Below the pieces are notes generated by a model, which saw nothing but the letters and a program-made list of their open reading frames with translations, had not been told where the DNA came from and ran no database searches. Positions 39,652 to 53,496 of a stretch of 64,000 nt of DNA are shown piece by piece. The stretch is from contig CM052816.1 of NCBI GenBank assembly GCA_028534125.1, positions 23,128,001 through 23,192,000 on the forward strand, given 5' to 3'. This DNA is from Lama glama (lineage: Eukaryota). Position numbers and translations under genes: made by a program. Positions within the stretch are counted from its first letter, which is position 1. Each line of letters starts with the position of its first letter.

Positions 39652-39881
39652 GCAGAAGTCGGCAAACTATGGCCCACAGGCCAAATCCAGCCCACTACCT
39701 GTCTTTTGGTGGCCTCCAAATTAAGAATCATCTTTACATTTTAAAATGGTTTTACATTTTAAACTGTTGTATTTTAAACATTACATAAGTACCTACACAA
39801 TATCCTCGCTTTTGCCCCTTGGCTTCCAAAACCTAAAACATGGACTGTTTGGCTCTTTCAGAAAAAGTTCACCAACCCCTG
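39652..39881 (+). mobile_element. MER58-like hAT-Charlie DNA transposon
   Basis: cagaagtcggcaaactatggcccacaggccaaatccagccc...cagaaaaagttcaccaacccctg, with inverted termini. Confidence 0.8.
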
Positions 39882-41449
39882 GGCTACAGCGATGATGTTC
39901 AAACTATTTTCAGCAGCAGAACTTTTAAAAAGTAGAGAGAAAAATCTTATTCCAAACCTCTTTGCTTAAAAAACAAATGTGTATTTATATTGCATATAAA
40001 TTTTAAATAATGGCTCACTAAAAAATTTAAACAGGAACAATGAGGCCGCTTTGAAGAAGATGACAGACTGAAAAAAAGGGACGACGGCTTTGACATTGGG
40101 GACTGTAGATGACAATTACAGTCTTAGCGGAGGTTCAGCCTGCAGATTCATTCCTGCGTGCTTTTCACTGAATGATTTCAAAAATAAAATCCTGTTTCAA
40201 GCAGATAAGTGGTTATAAATAGTAGCATTTTTTTAACAGCTCACCTTGCAATCTCAGGACGCTCTGAAAGTGAACTGATCCAAATCCTTAAAAGAGGAGA
40301 AAATTTTGATTTTACTTACAACAGCAAAAAAAAAAAAAAAAGCTCGCATAATCATCAAAATATAGCAATCAGACAAGAAGCAGCAACAATGTGGAATAAG
40401 GGATAAAACTGTCTGTATATTTGAACACTTTGGGTAATTTCTTGTCATTGCACTGCTGACCAGCGTGCTGTGAGGAGTAGGCCCAGAGTGGATGAGTGTG
40501 CGGCTGCGGTTTGATGGGAGTGGACATAAGCAAGCTTGAATTTTAAAGAGAGGGGCGAGGAACAGCAGCCTTCCTGTTCCAGGGCTCCCGAACACTACGT
40601 TCAAATATGTGCACACATATGACAGTTGGCGTTTTATTCTGAAAATCAAGCAGAAACACAGTAACTTGAAATCACAGGGAGGTTAAAGTTAATGTAAATT
40701 GAAGTTACATTTTTAAAGAGATTCGATTAGAAAGTAAGCTGAAAATTGGGCGGAGAAGAAATTACTCTTGAAAATCCTTTATTTGCTCATAAAGTAGATT
40801 ATACCTGGTCTTGCGTATGTCTCCCTGTGTGATATTTTTTATGCCACTTAAGTTTGAGGACTACTGAGCTAGACTGAAAAAAAGAGTGCATTCAGATACA
40901 TAGACAGTCTGTCTTTAAGAAAACCCATTAAACCCTTGTGGTGACTAGAGGGTGGGTGGAGAATTCTAAAATGCCCCTGGCGTTCAGGGTTTCCCTTGTA
41001 TTGAAATACCTTAAGAGCTTTACAGGTTGTTATGTGGATCAAAGGACTCAAACAAGATAAACACCCCAAGAATATGGTTTGGAACACAGAAGGTGCTTAC
41101 TACATAGTTCCTATATTTTATTATGATTCTTTATATATATATCCGTATATATTTAAGCAAATGATTACAATTTTCTATTTGTATGTGTGTATATGTGTGT
41201 GTCTATGTGTACAAGAAGCTTCAGCAACAATTTGGAGTAAGAGAGAAAGCCGTCTACATGTTAACACTTTCAGTGTTCAAACATACACACAGACACAGAC
41301 ACAGACACAAACAAATCTATAAAGAAAAATTTGATCCCTTGCCCCGGTTTGCCTGAAGAGCAGGGTTTCATTATTAAGTAAAACCTACCAAGTTCCCTTG
41401 CCCTTGTCGTGGGGACCCTACACAGCAGGTGGGGTGGCAGAAGTAAAAT

Positions 41450-41845
41450 GAAACACAACATTCAATCGTATAGTATGCAGGATGGTAAGAAAACCTAAGT
41501 CAGGGAAGGGGGTTAATGACTTAGAGACAGGCAGACGATTTTAAAATACAGTGGTCAGGAGGGGGTTCATTCATAAGATGGCATCTGGGCAGAAAAGTGA
41601 TGCCTGTGGAGAGAACACTGCAGGCAGATAGGAGCACGTGGGATGTGTGCTAGACGCAAGGAGGTGGCTCCTGGGGTGGCCGAGGAGGGAGAGCAAGGGG
41701 AATCCATAGGAGACGGGGTTAGCAAGGTGAGGGATGTGCCCTGTAGCATCTGTTTGCCAACCTAAGGCTTTCGCCCAGAGTCAGATGTAAAGCCACTTCA
41801 GACATTGAACAGAGGAGGCGTGTGACCTCACTTGAGTTTTAATAC
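41450..41845 (-). mobile_element. LINE-2 fragment
   Basis: Purine-rich ...gtggtcaggagg...aagccacttcagacattgaacagaggaggcgtgtgacctcacttgagttttaa. Confidence 0.5.
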
Positions 41846-43939
41846 ATATTCCTGCAGAATGGGCTTTACAGAGTCGCAACTTACGTGAAAGTCAGGATCT
41901 CGAGTTAAGTTTTAAGTTACACATCTGTGTAGTATTCCTTCACAATACAACATTTTTAGGTTTACCTTCTGCTTTTCATTACAGTCTTAAAAAGACCTAA
42001 ACACACCGTTTAAAGATGGAATTCCAGTCAACTATTTCCAGAAACCTTCAAGCCCCTCTAGTGACCCACCAAACACAGGCTGACAGTTTCTGAGTTAGAT
42101 GAGCTTAAAGACTCTCCCAAAGCCAACATTCTGTACACCCCTCAGTTTCTGGATATTAGACAAATTGGCCCGACTTTCATTTTCCAGCTATAGGTATTTA
42201 TGCCTGACTTCTTTAATCTGTTCTCCAGCAGTCTTTACGTACTAATTCTGCTTATCCTCCTAATGGTATCTCCTCATTTCTCCATCCAGCTGCCGTCTAG
42301 GGATCCTGCTGGCATCCACTTTGGACATTATGTCCAGCTCAGTGGAGCTGAGATGTATTTGATTAGCCATACAGACGCCGAGGTGATGAGATTTTCTTGT
42401 TACGTGATGTCTTGTTTCAGAGGTAACACTGATGCAACTGTATGCAATTCAAGCTGCAGGTCCTGGCTACACACATACACAGAACAGTATTTTAAAGATA
42501 ATTTGTGTTTATCTTCTGTGTTTCTCCCTCTTTGTCCTATTTCAAGCTGGTAGCCAGGCCATCTGTATTTCCCGGCTCCTGGACTTCCTGCAGAGCTGGA
42601 AGTAGAATCTTGAGGACAACAGCCATTCCTTTCTTTGGTAAAAGTATTAACTCACTTTTGGCTGTCCCAGCAGATGAGGAGAGAGGAGAGAAGAGAGTAA
42701 GGTCTCTGAGGCAAAATAGTGAGAGACATGACATTTCTAGAAACTGTGAAAGGGACCAAGATTTGTAGGTCCCCTTAGGGAGCCTAGATCCTAGACAACA
42801 GTGATTTCAGTCTCTGCAAGGACTTAGGGTACCCAACGGAGGAGAAGCAGAGAGCCACTAGACTTGAAGGAACCATCCTTAGAGGAGTGATGGATGTATC
42901 AACAGAAACCACAACAGATCCGTATTTTCAGGGACAACCCACACATTTGATGCTGCATACAACTGTAGGATTCTAGACAATGCTGGGTGGGGTATGTATC
43001 CCAGAAATGTCTTAGATTTAATTTCATACTCTCCACTCCACATGGAGTCCTGAAGATAGACTTAAGATGACTTAGAAAAATAAAGAAATATGACAGTGTA
43101 TGTATTGACTACAGAGATTAAGATTAAGATTTATAATCTTAATAGTTCACCCTCCTTGAGGCAACAGTGACTATTAAAAACAGTTAAAAAAAAAAAGTTC
43201 GTTTCCCCAGTGACACTTCCATTTTACAAAGAATGATAATAAAGTACTTGTTGTAGCTTTAGGTTCTTGTAACTTCTGAATTTATTTCCTTAAACATGGT
43301 TCTTAACAATCACATTTATTCGACTAAAGAAAGTGAATAAAATGGACATTCATCCAACAGAAATTTTCTACTCTTTGATTACATATCCTCAGGAAATGGC
43401 AAGGAAGAGTGAGGATGCCCAGGATGTTAGAATATTTTTTAAAGAGTATCGCCAAACACTGAAGGACTAAATCAGACCGGTGTCTAATTTCATCCACTTA
43501 TATATACATTCAATCTTTAAAACACTGATACTTAGGTTGGATGCCATCCCATTTAAGACTAGGTAGGAGAATTTTGTACATTATTCCTCTAGTAGCAGTG
43601 TAGTTGGATACATAATTTATTTTTAAAAGATCTGATGACTTACACATCTGTGAATTTGGGCAAGTTATCTAGGTCTGTTATCTGAAGAAAAAAAAAAAAG
43701 AAAGAAAAAGAAGATGAAATCTACCTCACAGTATTTTTGTAAAGTTCTATGTGGTGTTTTTGTAGAAGCTTAGCATTTCACAGGGTCTAATGTCAATGCC
43801 CCTTAATGGACATTTAATGGATTTTTTTCTTCTTTTCTTTCTTTTTTTCTATTTTCTTTTTTTGGCTGTTCAATATCCTTCTTTTGAAGGATCATCCAGC
43901 CTCTCTTCGGCAGTAATGCTGTTCAGTCTGTACGGTTAC

Positions 43940-44335
43940 GTAGGCTGACTATTGTCCAGAGCTGTCTTAGAGTCCTGCCCACAATCCAGCTTTAGGCATG
44001 TGACCCAAACAAGGCCAGGCATAATGCTCCCCGGGGTTATTGCCAGAGATGGCAGGATGGATGCTCTTACTCCTCACAATCTCTGGCTGCAAGGACCTTC
44101 TGAGCCTGCAGCTGCTGGCGGCAGTCGTTCTGGTCGTGTGGAGGTGGTCTGGGAATGAAGAGAATGAAGCTTCAAAGATGGCAAGAGATAGACCTGGTTC
44201 TTACTGAAATATCTAGATCTAGCATTGTCTCAAGCCCACTCCTAGATTTTCAGTTATGCAAGGCATTTTATGCCATGTTTCATAAGCAAGCGAATGATAA
44301 ATTTCTCTCACTCATGACTAAGAATTTTCACTAAA
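43940..44335 (+). mobile_element. Old MaLR LTR (MLT1-like)
   Basis: cagctttaggcatgtgacccaaacaaggcca...atctagatctagcattgtctcaagcc...aagaattttcactaaaata. Confidence 0.55.
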
Positions 44336-44344
44336 ATATTAAGT

Positions 44345-44575
44345 ATGCTTTGAAGTCAGACTACCTACGTAATCAAACCCCAGCTCTTTCATTTGCCAGC
44401 TTTGCGACTTTGGTCAAGTGATTTTAATCCTTTATACCTCAGCTTCCTCCTCTGTAATTAAGGCATAATAATAACACCAACTTCCTTAAGTGGGAGTATT
44501 AATTGAGACTGTGTGTGTATTATAGCAAAATGTCTTGGCCCATAATAAGTAATCAATAAATGCAAGGTATTACTA
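44345..44575 (+). mobile_element. MIR SINE
   Basis: ctttgaagtcagactacct...aaacccagctct...ttgcgactttggtcaagtga...cctcagcttcctcctctgtaa...aatcaataaatg. Confidence 0.8.
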
Positions 44576-47500
44576 TCACATTCAATAGCACGCACACTGA
44601 GAAAAAGTACCTGGTTAAGAGTAGATGCATTGAAACAACCAAGTAATAGTAAAGGTTGAAAAATAATACTGAAACAAAGCAAAGGCAAAGAAAATATAGC
44701 ACAATGAAATCAAATGGAACTCAAAGAAAGGTGAAGAAATTCTTAGCAAAAAAAAAATAGGAACATTAAAAAAAAAGTGAAGACATAAATTCTTGTGTTC
44801 ACTGACATCAGCAGCATAAAAATCCATGAATCAAAAGTTGCCAACCAGTGGCCTAGACATTCTATTTATTTTATTTTTTAAATGGAATCTTTGATTTTGG
44901 CACTAAAACAAAAACTCTATGGATAGCAGCAACACTAGATATTCTAAACTGGCAGAATTTTTGTTACCTATTTCAGTACTTTAGTTGTAAATTTTCCTTG
45001 ATTTTTTTTCCTAAGAGTAGTGTTAACAGAATTATATAAAACTTGAATATTAAGTTTCCAGTTTCCCAAGAATTTTAGGCACACAGAGCAGACATTTCTA
45101 CAGACGTGTTCTAACAGACACTTAATGGAATGCAGTTCCAGTCTGAAGCTTTTAATTAGTGTATGTGGCAAGTAAAATTTAATACATTAAAAAAACAAGT
45201 TATTCTATCTATCTCAAAATAGGAAAATAAATTATATGCAGCAATTATTATATTAAAATGATAATTTGTTTTAACATTTTGTTTCATTTTAAGTACAGCT
45301 AGTCAGTTCTTAGGCTTAGATCAAAATTTAAGGATGCAAACTGGATGAATAAAAAGAGCAAATCGTCAAACTTCCTGACTATAACACAATGTTTTTCAAT
45401 TGCTGGTAACTTATAAATGTATCCATCCATTCCATAAATATTGGACTTTTATAAATCTTAAGATAATCTTTTTATTACTTTTTCTCTAAAATGAATCTTG
45501 TAAGAAGGCTCTGGAATGGAAGGACAGTAAAATATCGTAAAAGATAATTTTACATAAAGTAAGTGAGTGAACCTATTTGAATATTATTGTAACATTTCTT
45601 ACTATATAGTATCAATATTGCCAACTAATTTAAAGAAATATTTAAGCAATAGAATCCCTACATTTCTCTGTTTGGAGTTCTAGGTCTCCAAAATGCCTGT
45701 GACTTAGATTATACATAAGTATGTTCATACAGCTACTATCACCAAGCTCCTTTAAATTAATAGATAATTACTGTGATATTAAATTCATACACTACACAGA
45801 TGTCCAGAGAATTCAAGGATCTTTTATTATCCATAGCTTTCCTAAATTATCCACAAGGAGAAATAGTCACTGGAACTGGAAGGGAATTTTAACAATAGTT
45901 CACTATCTTTTGTTTTAAACAGTGTCTTTCAATTTAAAAAATCTCTACTGCATTAATATTCTCTTAATCCAAAGCTAAACTTCCTAGACGATGCTCTCCC
46001 TGTCACTTTTCTCTTAAAACTAAAATCAGGGTATAGGGGATACTTTGCAGCCCTTAAGGCTTGGGGCAAAAGCTTCCCCAGTCTTGTGTGGTCCTTGTAT
46101 CAGCCTTTGCCGCAGGGAGCCTAAGGGGCTTTAGATCATTTTACTCAACTCTCCACCAATCTCCACTCTTCCTCTTCTTGGTGGAGAGGGGTCGGTCTGT
46201 GTGTGGTCTACCAGGGCTCCAGGCAGAGAGGAAGGTGAAAGCTATTCTGTGTTTCACTTTCTTCAGAATGTGTTTCGTATACACTCACCATGATTCCTGT
46301 GGCACTAGCCTAGAAAAGGGGAAGTCAGGACATAGGACATAGACTTCTTCTTCCATTATGTCTGTGGTTTTCTCCTTCTCCCAATCCAAGATCAATCAGG
46401 GAGCCTCGCTCGCACCCGCTCGCTCTCTCTCCCTTTCTCTCTCTCTCACCAACAAGGACAGCCCTTACCTTATTCTGATTCTGTTCTATTCCTGGCTTAT
46501 GATAAAATTCTATGATCTTATCAGCAAAGCTTGGCCCTAGATATGTTACTGAAATCCTCTTCTCAACAACCTGCTTTCAAGCCTGTTTTTATGTTATCGA
46601 CTTGAAAATCCGGTCCTGAACATCGAATGCTAAACGTTGACTTTATCCTCCTTTTGGCATCCTTCCTGAACAATTAAAATCTGTCCTGAAGAAAAATAAT
46701 GCCTGTGGAAGAATGTCAGAAGAGTCACATAAAAGGAATTTTTAAAAGGATAAAAATACACTAATATATTTCAAAATCTATTATTTGCATTTCAATTAGA
46801 ACAAGACAACACTTCCTTTATTCATAAGTAGGAAAAGGTCACACATGCATTGTTAGGATCGATGACAAATCAAGTTAGATAGGTTTAGACATCATAAAGG
46901 TTTACAGAAGAGTATGGAGAATAATGTTGATTGTCATACAGATTTAACTGTGTGAAAATAGAAATGGTAGGAGGGCAAATTAATCTGGAGAATGGATGAA
47001 AGATGCTATAGCAATCTGAAGATCTTGGAAATGTAACTATCTCTTTATGCCCTTGAAAATATTAGACAAAAGATACTGAATTATAATCCATTTAAAAATA
47101 CTAAATTCAACATATGTAACAATTAGATCCAAAAATAGTACTTGATAAGCAAAGTCAAGGAAGACACTCCAGTGTGGTATATGTCACTTGCGAAATAGAA
47201 AAAGCACACCAGACATTATGACTGTTTCATAATAAGTGGGATCAGATGGAGCAACTTGCCTTTCCCCTTTGAGGGGTTTCTATCCATGTACTGCCTGCTC
47301 CTCTTTAGGATTCTGTACAGTTTTGTGTAAGAATTGTCTTTTAGTAGCACAATTGCCAGTTGCAACCATGACTGAATTTGAAGATTAATTAACATAGCAG
47401 AGAAAGGGAAAGTGACTGTCTTCCAGAGATGGATACAGTGGCTAATGGAACTTCTTACTTGGGGGAAAAAGAAGAACACGTCCATTTGTATGAAGAGCAG

Positions 47501-48374
47501 TTTTACTGGGTTGGTTGGGAATATGGAATTTCAATGTTCATCTACTTTATATGAATGTTGAGTAGTCAAAGGTGATTTGCTAACTCTTAGGCCGTTCTGT
47601 CTCAGCTCCGAACACATCCTCCTATATTCATTTTGAGATTACGAGGGCTGGAACTCTGCAAATCACATTGCTGCTTTGGGCTGGCTCCCTGTCGTCTCAG
47701 GGAATATCTGGCACTAAAGAGAGAGACTCGAGGCTAAAGGAGGGAAAAGGAATATGTTCCCTTCTCTTTGCTTTGTGCTTGCTTCCTGCTCCTTTGAGCA
47801 TCTTCTTATCAAATGGTTTAAAAAAGTATTTCCAACAAAGAAAGCCACATTGCTGTAGCAGTTGAATCCATTTTATATGTCTCTTCAACACTTCGAGAAT
47901 CAGCCTTGTTATACTGCCTTCAGAGACCCTCACACTGGCCAAGTGGTAAAAAATCGTGCCTTCCTTCAGGGATCTGGTTTCAGCTCCATGGGGCTCTCCT
48001 TCAAGCTTCTTATTTTTATTAATTTCCACTCTTCCCTTTGTTTTCCCAGATCTGGAGGTGAGAGCTACTTCCTGTAATTGTTAACCTTGTGATAAACATA
48101 CTGCTTTTTTTTTTTGCCTTTTTAGTTAATTAGATAAAAATTACTTATGTTAAATTGTTTTTCTTTTCAAATATAAATTCTCTCTTTTAAAATATGAGAT
48201 TGATACAAATGATAAATTTTGGTGACTGTTCTGTGTGTGCTGCAAAACAAAACATTTGCTATATTTTGGGGGTGTGACAGTCTGTATAATAATGTATACC
48301 AGATACTTCCTAAAGATATTACATGCGTTAATTTATTTAATTAAAAAAGGAAGGAAGGAAGGAAAAAAGGAAAT

Positions 48375-48535
48375 AAAACCCTAGGTAAGTACGTAATAAT
48401 ATAATTCCCATTTACAGCCAAGAAAACTGGGACATTAAAAAAAAAAAGTAACTCCCTCAAGATCACACAGCCATGAAGTGTTAGAGCGTGGATTTGCAAC
48501 TTGAGACCTGTCAGACTAACGCTCTTAGCTGCCAT
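48375..48535 (-). mobile_element. MIR fragment
   Basis: cccatttacagccaagaaaactggga...taactccctcaagatcacacagcc...ggatttgcaac. Confidence 0.65.
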
Positions 48536-48564
48536 AGGTAATATATGTGTATTAGATCTAAGGT

Positions 48565-48790
48565 CATGTCAATTAGAGTTCAGTGCAGGAAACAGAAAGC
48601 CATCTAGGTATTTCAAGCAGCAGATGAGGTACTATGAGGAATTAGGGTTTTACAAACCCATTGGATGAATAGGGGGCCAGAGGCTATTACTGAACTTCTG
48701 AATTAAAAGTCACGCTCTGATACAGTAATCTGGATTCCAAGAAGCTGTTGCTGCCATTCATAATTCTAGAAACTGTTTCTGTCACTCTAT
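48565..48790 (-). mobile_element. Old LTR fragment (ERVL-class, family uncertain)
   Basis: tgtcaattagagttcagtgcaggaaacagaaagccatctaggtatttcaagcag resembles a reverse-complement LTR 3' end. Confidence 0.45.
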
Positions 48791-48797
48791 CATTATT

Positions 48798-49820
48798 TTC
48801 ATTCATTCATTCATTCATTCATTCATTTGACATATAATTGGTTTACAATGTTGTGTTAGAGTATACAGCAAAGTGATTCAATTAGACATATATATATATA
48901 TTCTTTCTCAGATTCTTTTCCATTATTGGTTATTATAAGATAGTTAATATAGTTCTCTGTGCTATACAGTAGGCCCTCACTGTTTAGCTATTTTACATAT
49001 AGTAGTGTGTATATGTTAATTCCAAACTCCTAATTTATCCCTCCCCCACACCCCTTTCCCCTTTGGTAACCATAGTTTGTTTTCTATGTCTGTGAGTTTA
49101 TTTCTGGTTTGTAAATAATTTCATTAGTGTCATTTTTTTTAAGATTCCACATTAGTGATATCATATAACATTTATTTTTATCTGTCTGACTTACTTTACT
49201 TAATATGACAATCTCTAGGTCCATCCATGTTGCTGCAAATGGCATTATTTCATTCTTTTTATGGCTGAGTAATATTCCACTATAGATATATACCAAGTCT
49301 TCTTTACCCATTCATCTGTTAATGGACATTTAGGTTGCTTCTGTGTTTTAGCTATTGTAAATAGTGCTGCTAAGAACATTGGGGTGAATGTATCTTTTTG
49401 AGTTATAGTTTTATCTAGATGTATGCCCAGAATTTAACTCTATTTAAAAATTTTTAACAATCCTCCATACTGTTCTCCATAGTGGCTGCACCAATTTACA
49501 TGCTCACCAACAGTGTAGGAGGGTTCCCTTTCCCCCACACCCTCTCCAGAGAAAATCCTTGCCTCCTTGGGATAAATCTCACTAGATCATGTGTATGATC
49601 CTTTTAATGTATTGTTGGAGTCAGTTTGCTAATATTTTGTTGAAGACTTCTGCATAAGTCCATAAGTCATATTGGCTTGTAATTTTTTGTGTGTGTGTGG
49701 TACCTTTGTCTGGTTTTGGAATCAGGGTGATGGTGGCCTCATAGAAGAATCGGGATGTGCTCCTTCCTTTGCAATTTTTTGGAATAGTTTCAGAAGGATA
49801 GGTGTTACTCTTCTCTAAAT
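48798..49820 (-). mobile_element. LINE-1: 3'UTR and ORF2 C-terminus joined to a more upstream ORF2 fragment
   Basis: Minus ORF ...KKNEIMPFAATWMDLEIVILSKVSQ. 49550-49820 matches the ORF2 pre-RT region (ttttggaatcagggtgatggtggcctcatag). Tail is (ATTC)n at about 48798-48827. Confidence 0.9.
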
Positions 49821-49822
49821 TT

Positions 49823-50095
49823 TCCTCATAAGAGGGAAGCAGGAGGGTCAGGTTCAGAGAGATTGAAAGACGCTACACTACTGGCTTTAAAGGTGAAAGA
49901 TGAAGCTGTGAGCCAAGAAGTGGAGAGGTCTCAGAAGCGACGGAACAAACTCTCTCCTAGAGCCTCCAGAAGGACGACAGCCTTGCTGACCACTTTAGAA
50001 CTTCTGATATCCGATACTCTAAGAGAATAAATGGGTGTGATTTTAAGCACTAAATCTGTGGTAATTTATTGTAGGAACCTTAGGAAGCTAATATA
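49823..50095 (+). mobile_element. MaLR LTR 3' part (MLT1C/D-like)
   Basis: ctactggctttaaaggtgaa...tgagccaag...ctctcctagagcctccagaagga...taagagaataaat...gtggtaatttattg...ggaagctaatata. Confidence 0.8.
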
Positions 50096-50149
50096 TCAGG
50101 GACAAGCCCAAAGTCTGGCCCAAGAGGAGACAACTTACATTCTAGAAAA

Positions 50150-50560
50150 ACTACAAGATTTCAAGAACTTATATAGAGGCGTTTAGGGAATGTGTGTGGA
50201 ATACCCAAACTAACAACATGTTCCTTCTTCCCTGAGCCGGCACTTTTAAAATCCATTCCCACATGCAGGCTTCAGAGGAGGTCAGCGCCAGTTCTTTAAG
50301 CAGGCAGAGCCAGCTCATCAGAAGGAAGAGGAGAGCCTCTGGCAGCAAAAAGAGCTCTGTCGCATTTGTGGGTTCAGCGTTCTCCAGTTCATTCCACTCC
50401 AGTATCACCCCAACAGTCCAAGTCTCAGGGCGCCATTGCTTCTTAGTCAACTCCCATTCTTTTATGTAAGAGTCCTCGAGAGCCTGGGTGCCTCTGTGAC
50501 TCCAGGATCAGATATGTGACTGCAGGATCAGGTTCTCTCAGATTTTGGGCTTATTTTGCC
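50150..50560 (-). mobile_element. Possible ERVL/MaLR internal gag-like fragment
   Basis: Minus ORF KKQWRPETW...LENAEPTNATELFL resembles the ERVL gag KEWDPETWDG motif. Confidence 0.45.
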
Positions 50561-53496
50561 ACAATCCAGGAGCATTTTCACTTGTTACTGGACTTGTATC
50601 TCCATCTTCCATCAAGGATGCTGTGCTTTCCCTGTATCACCAGTTCCCTCACATCCATCATGTAAATTCTATTCTCAGTTTAGCAAAATTTCACCTGTCT
50701 TTTCAGATCCCGTTCATATTTAATTTTCTTTTTGAGTTTTCTTCATTTTTCTTCTTAGCAATCTATAATTCTGAGTATACATTATATACATGTCCATTAA
50801 GTTACTGCAGTGTTTGCTCATACAAGAACTTACTGCATTTTAAGTAGACTTAATTATTCCATTGTGCCTACCAGTGCTTCATGAAGGGTAGGAAGTCGAT
50901 AACTCATGGTTGAATGAATAATATTAACATAATAGGCAGAGGTAAGTAGGTTCTGTCATTTCCTAAAGAAAGAAATATCTTTAGGGTTTTTTCTAAATTT
51001 TAGGTTGGACTGGCTGAAGTTGCAGGCTTTTGGCTTTCCAAGGCTTCTGGGTTTTGCTTTATAGGTTACATTGCTTTACATGAAACTTTAAGTATGTTTC
51101 CTTTTTAATATATAAGTTTAAAAATGGAGACAACCCGTTTGAAACAAGCATTAGTATGCAATCAAGAACTTGTTGAAAATTGTATAGGTGAGGTGGAGAG
51201 GATTTAAACCCAAATCACTAATGAATACTTTGGTGAGTCTCATTAGATATGTTTGGTCTTGGGAGAGTCTTTTTTAGCCATGCTAACCATTGTCTGGACC
51301 CCCAGTGCAACACTGAGCATCCTTTTACTTCCCTCCCATCACATTGTACTTTGCAGAGTTGCTTTCTCTTTTACCCAGGAATCTAGGAACTAACCTCAGA
51401 TGCTATTATTCCCTTTAAAAACCTTATCAAAATATCTTACTCAATGAAGCTATTTTCCCTACACTTGAATTGTTGCCCTAGTTACTAAAAACAACCTCCC
51501 CACCCCATATTTAAACTGTTAAATCAGCATAGATGGCTTTGTCTAGTTTCACACGCATAGGTGGTTCTAGCCATAAACTAGAGGATGTCTCCTGGTTATA
51601 AAATTTTATGGCACTGAAATATCTTTTTACCTTCTACATCACACCTTAATTGCCTTTTGAGACATTAATCTTTCTCTTCCTTTATTATTTCTTAATTCTC
51701 TTTAATATTCACCACCATATTTTTTGCTCTCTTTCCAAACCCCTGATTCTTTTCCTTCTGTAGCAAAATGAATCCATTCCCATTAATTTTTCTGGATTTC
51801 TAATTACTTTATGGTTTTATACACAGCACTAGATATTTTAAGAATTTGCATCAAAAGAGTATTGGGAAATTATCCAATTCAGAGTAGTTATTTCTGAAAT
51901 CCATGGGGTGCATCTTCATCTCCTGAATCTTTGGATTTCCTCCACTTCATTAACTTGGTGTGCCACATCATCTCTGGTTCCTGTTGGCTTCTATTTTCTC
52001 TTTCAATTAATGACAAAGAGCAGTGGGTGGTGAAATGCTAGGAAAACACACACGGGGTAGGCACCATGCTGTATGTTTCCACCAGCCTCTAGCACAGCAA
52101 TGCAAAGGAGAAAGTGAGAACTAAGTGAATCAGGCCGATGTAGAAAACAAAGCAGGCAGTGAATGAAGGCTGATCCATGGCTGACAGAAGTTGCATGTTT
52201 GTACTCTAAAGAAAAAAAAAGCAAGACATATTTTTGGGAGAGAGAAGCAAGATGGCAAAGTAGAAGGACGCTTGTAGCTCACCCTCTTCCACAAATACAC
52301 CAAAACACATCTACAGACCAACTCAGCCAACCAGAGCATTTGCCGAACTCCAACAAAACATCGCCCTCTTCAAAAGACAAAGACACCAAAAATCTGGTAG
52401 GAGAAAAAGAAAAGAGAAAGAAGAAAAAGCAAAATAGTGCGGACGGGTCCCACAGGGAGGGAGCAGCAAAGGAGGACTGGCGCTCGCTCGCTGGGTCTCC
52501 CCCCTCCAACGGACAGGCCAGCGGGACGGAGGGGGAGCCTCCGAGGCTCAGATCTGCCCCGAGCACCCCTTGACCGACAGAACCGAGTTAAACGGGCACA
52601 AAGGGTCCCCGCGACACCCAGCCCGAGACGCGAGCCGGCGGCTGGGGCCGGGACAGGCCGCCCGAGCCGGGCAGAGGCCTGGGGCAGCTGCACGGAGGCG
52701 TCCCTGGGGGGACTGCAGGGGGCTGCGCGCCGAGGCTGGGAGGGGATACGGAGCGGAACCACCTCAGGCCCCCATAAATCGTGAAAAAAGCAAAGCAACA
52801 CGGCTGGTGTGCCCTGGGGGGAGGGGCGCCACAGCCTTTGTCTCCTCAGACCGCCTGGGCAGGGGCGGGGCCGAGCCCTGAAGCCGCACCCGGGGGCTCT
52901 GCAACCTCCTGGGCAGGGCTGAGACTTGTTTACAGCCCAAGGCAGATAGGATCCTTCTGCGCTGGCACCTCAGAGAACTCGCCACCAAGACAAGCAAGGA
53001 GCTGAGACTTGGCATGGAGCAGAGGCGGGGCCGTTCCGTGGTCGTCCCCGAGTCGCCTTCGGAGCGCCCACCCGAGGCGGCGCGGGCAGCTGCACAGAGC
53101 AGCGGAGCCACGGGCACCGGGAGAGGGCGGGCGGCAACCCGCTTTCCTGGCAGGAACGCAGCCCCTGACCAGGGTGCTGGGAGGGGGCGCCATCCACCCA
53201 CCTGCCTCGCCCGAGCGCAGCATCTGACCGCGGCATCGGGAGGGGGAGTGACCGGCCTGCCCACCAGGTAAGAGCTCAGCACCTGACCCAGTGTTAGGAG
53301 AGGGCGCGATCTGCTAGCCACCAGCCACTGGGAGCAGCACAGATGAGGGCGCCAACCAGAGGGCCTCTGGAAACAGCAAGATGAGTTCGCGAAACAGGGT
53401 GAAGACACAAAGACCTCTTGATAAAATCATTAAGAGCACACTGTCTCCAGGAGAACTAGATAACTGATACTCCTTAGGCCACAGTGCCAGAGAGAT

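Noticed and set aside
52764..53408. 214-aa antisense ORF in the L1 5'UTR as an ORF0 analogue
   Set aside because: GTG start in GC-rich sequence where several frames are open. There is no evidence of coding constraint, and ORF0 is described only for primate L1.
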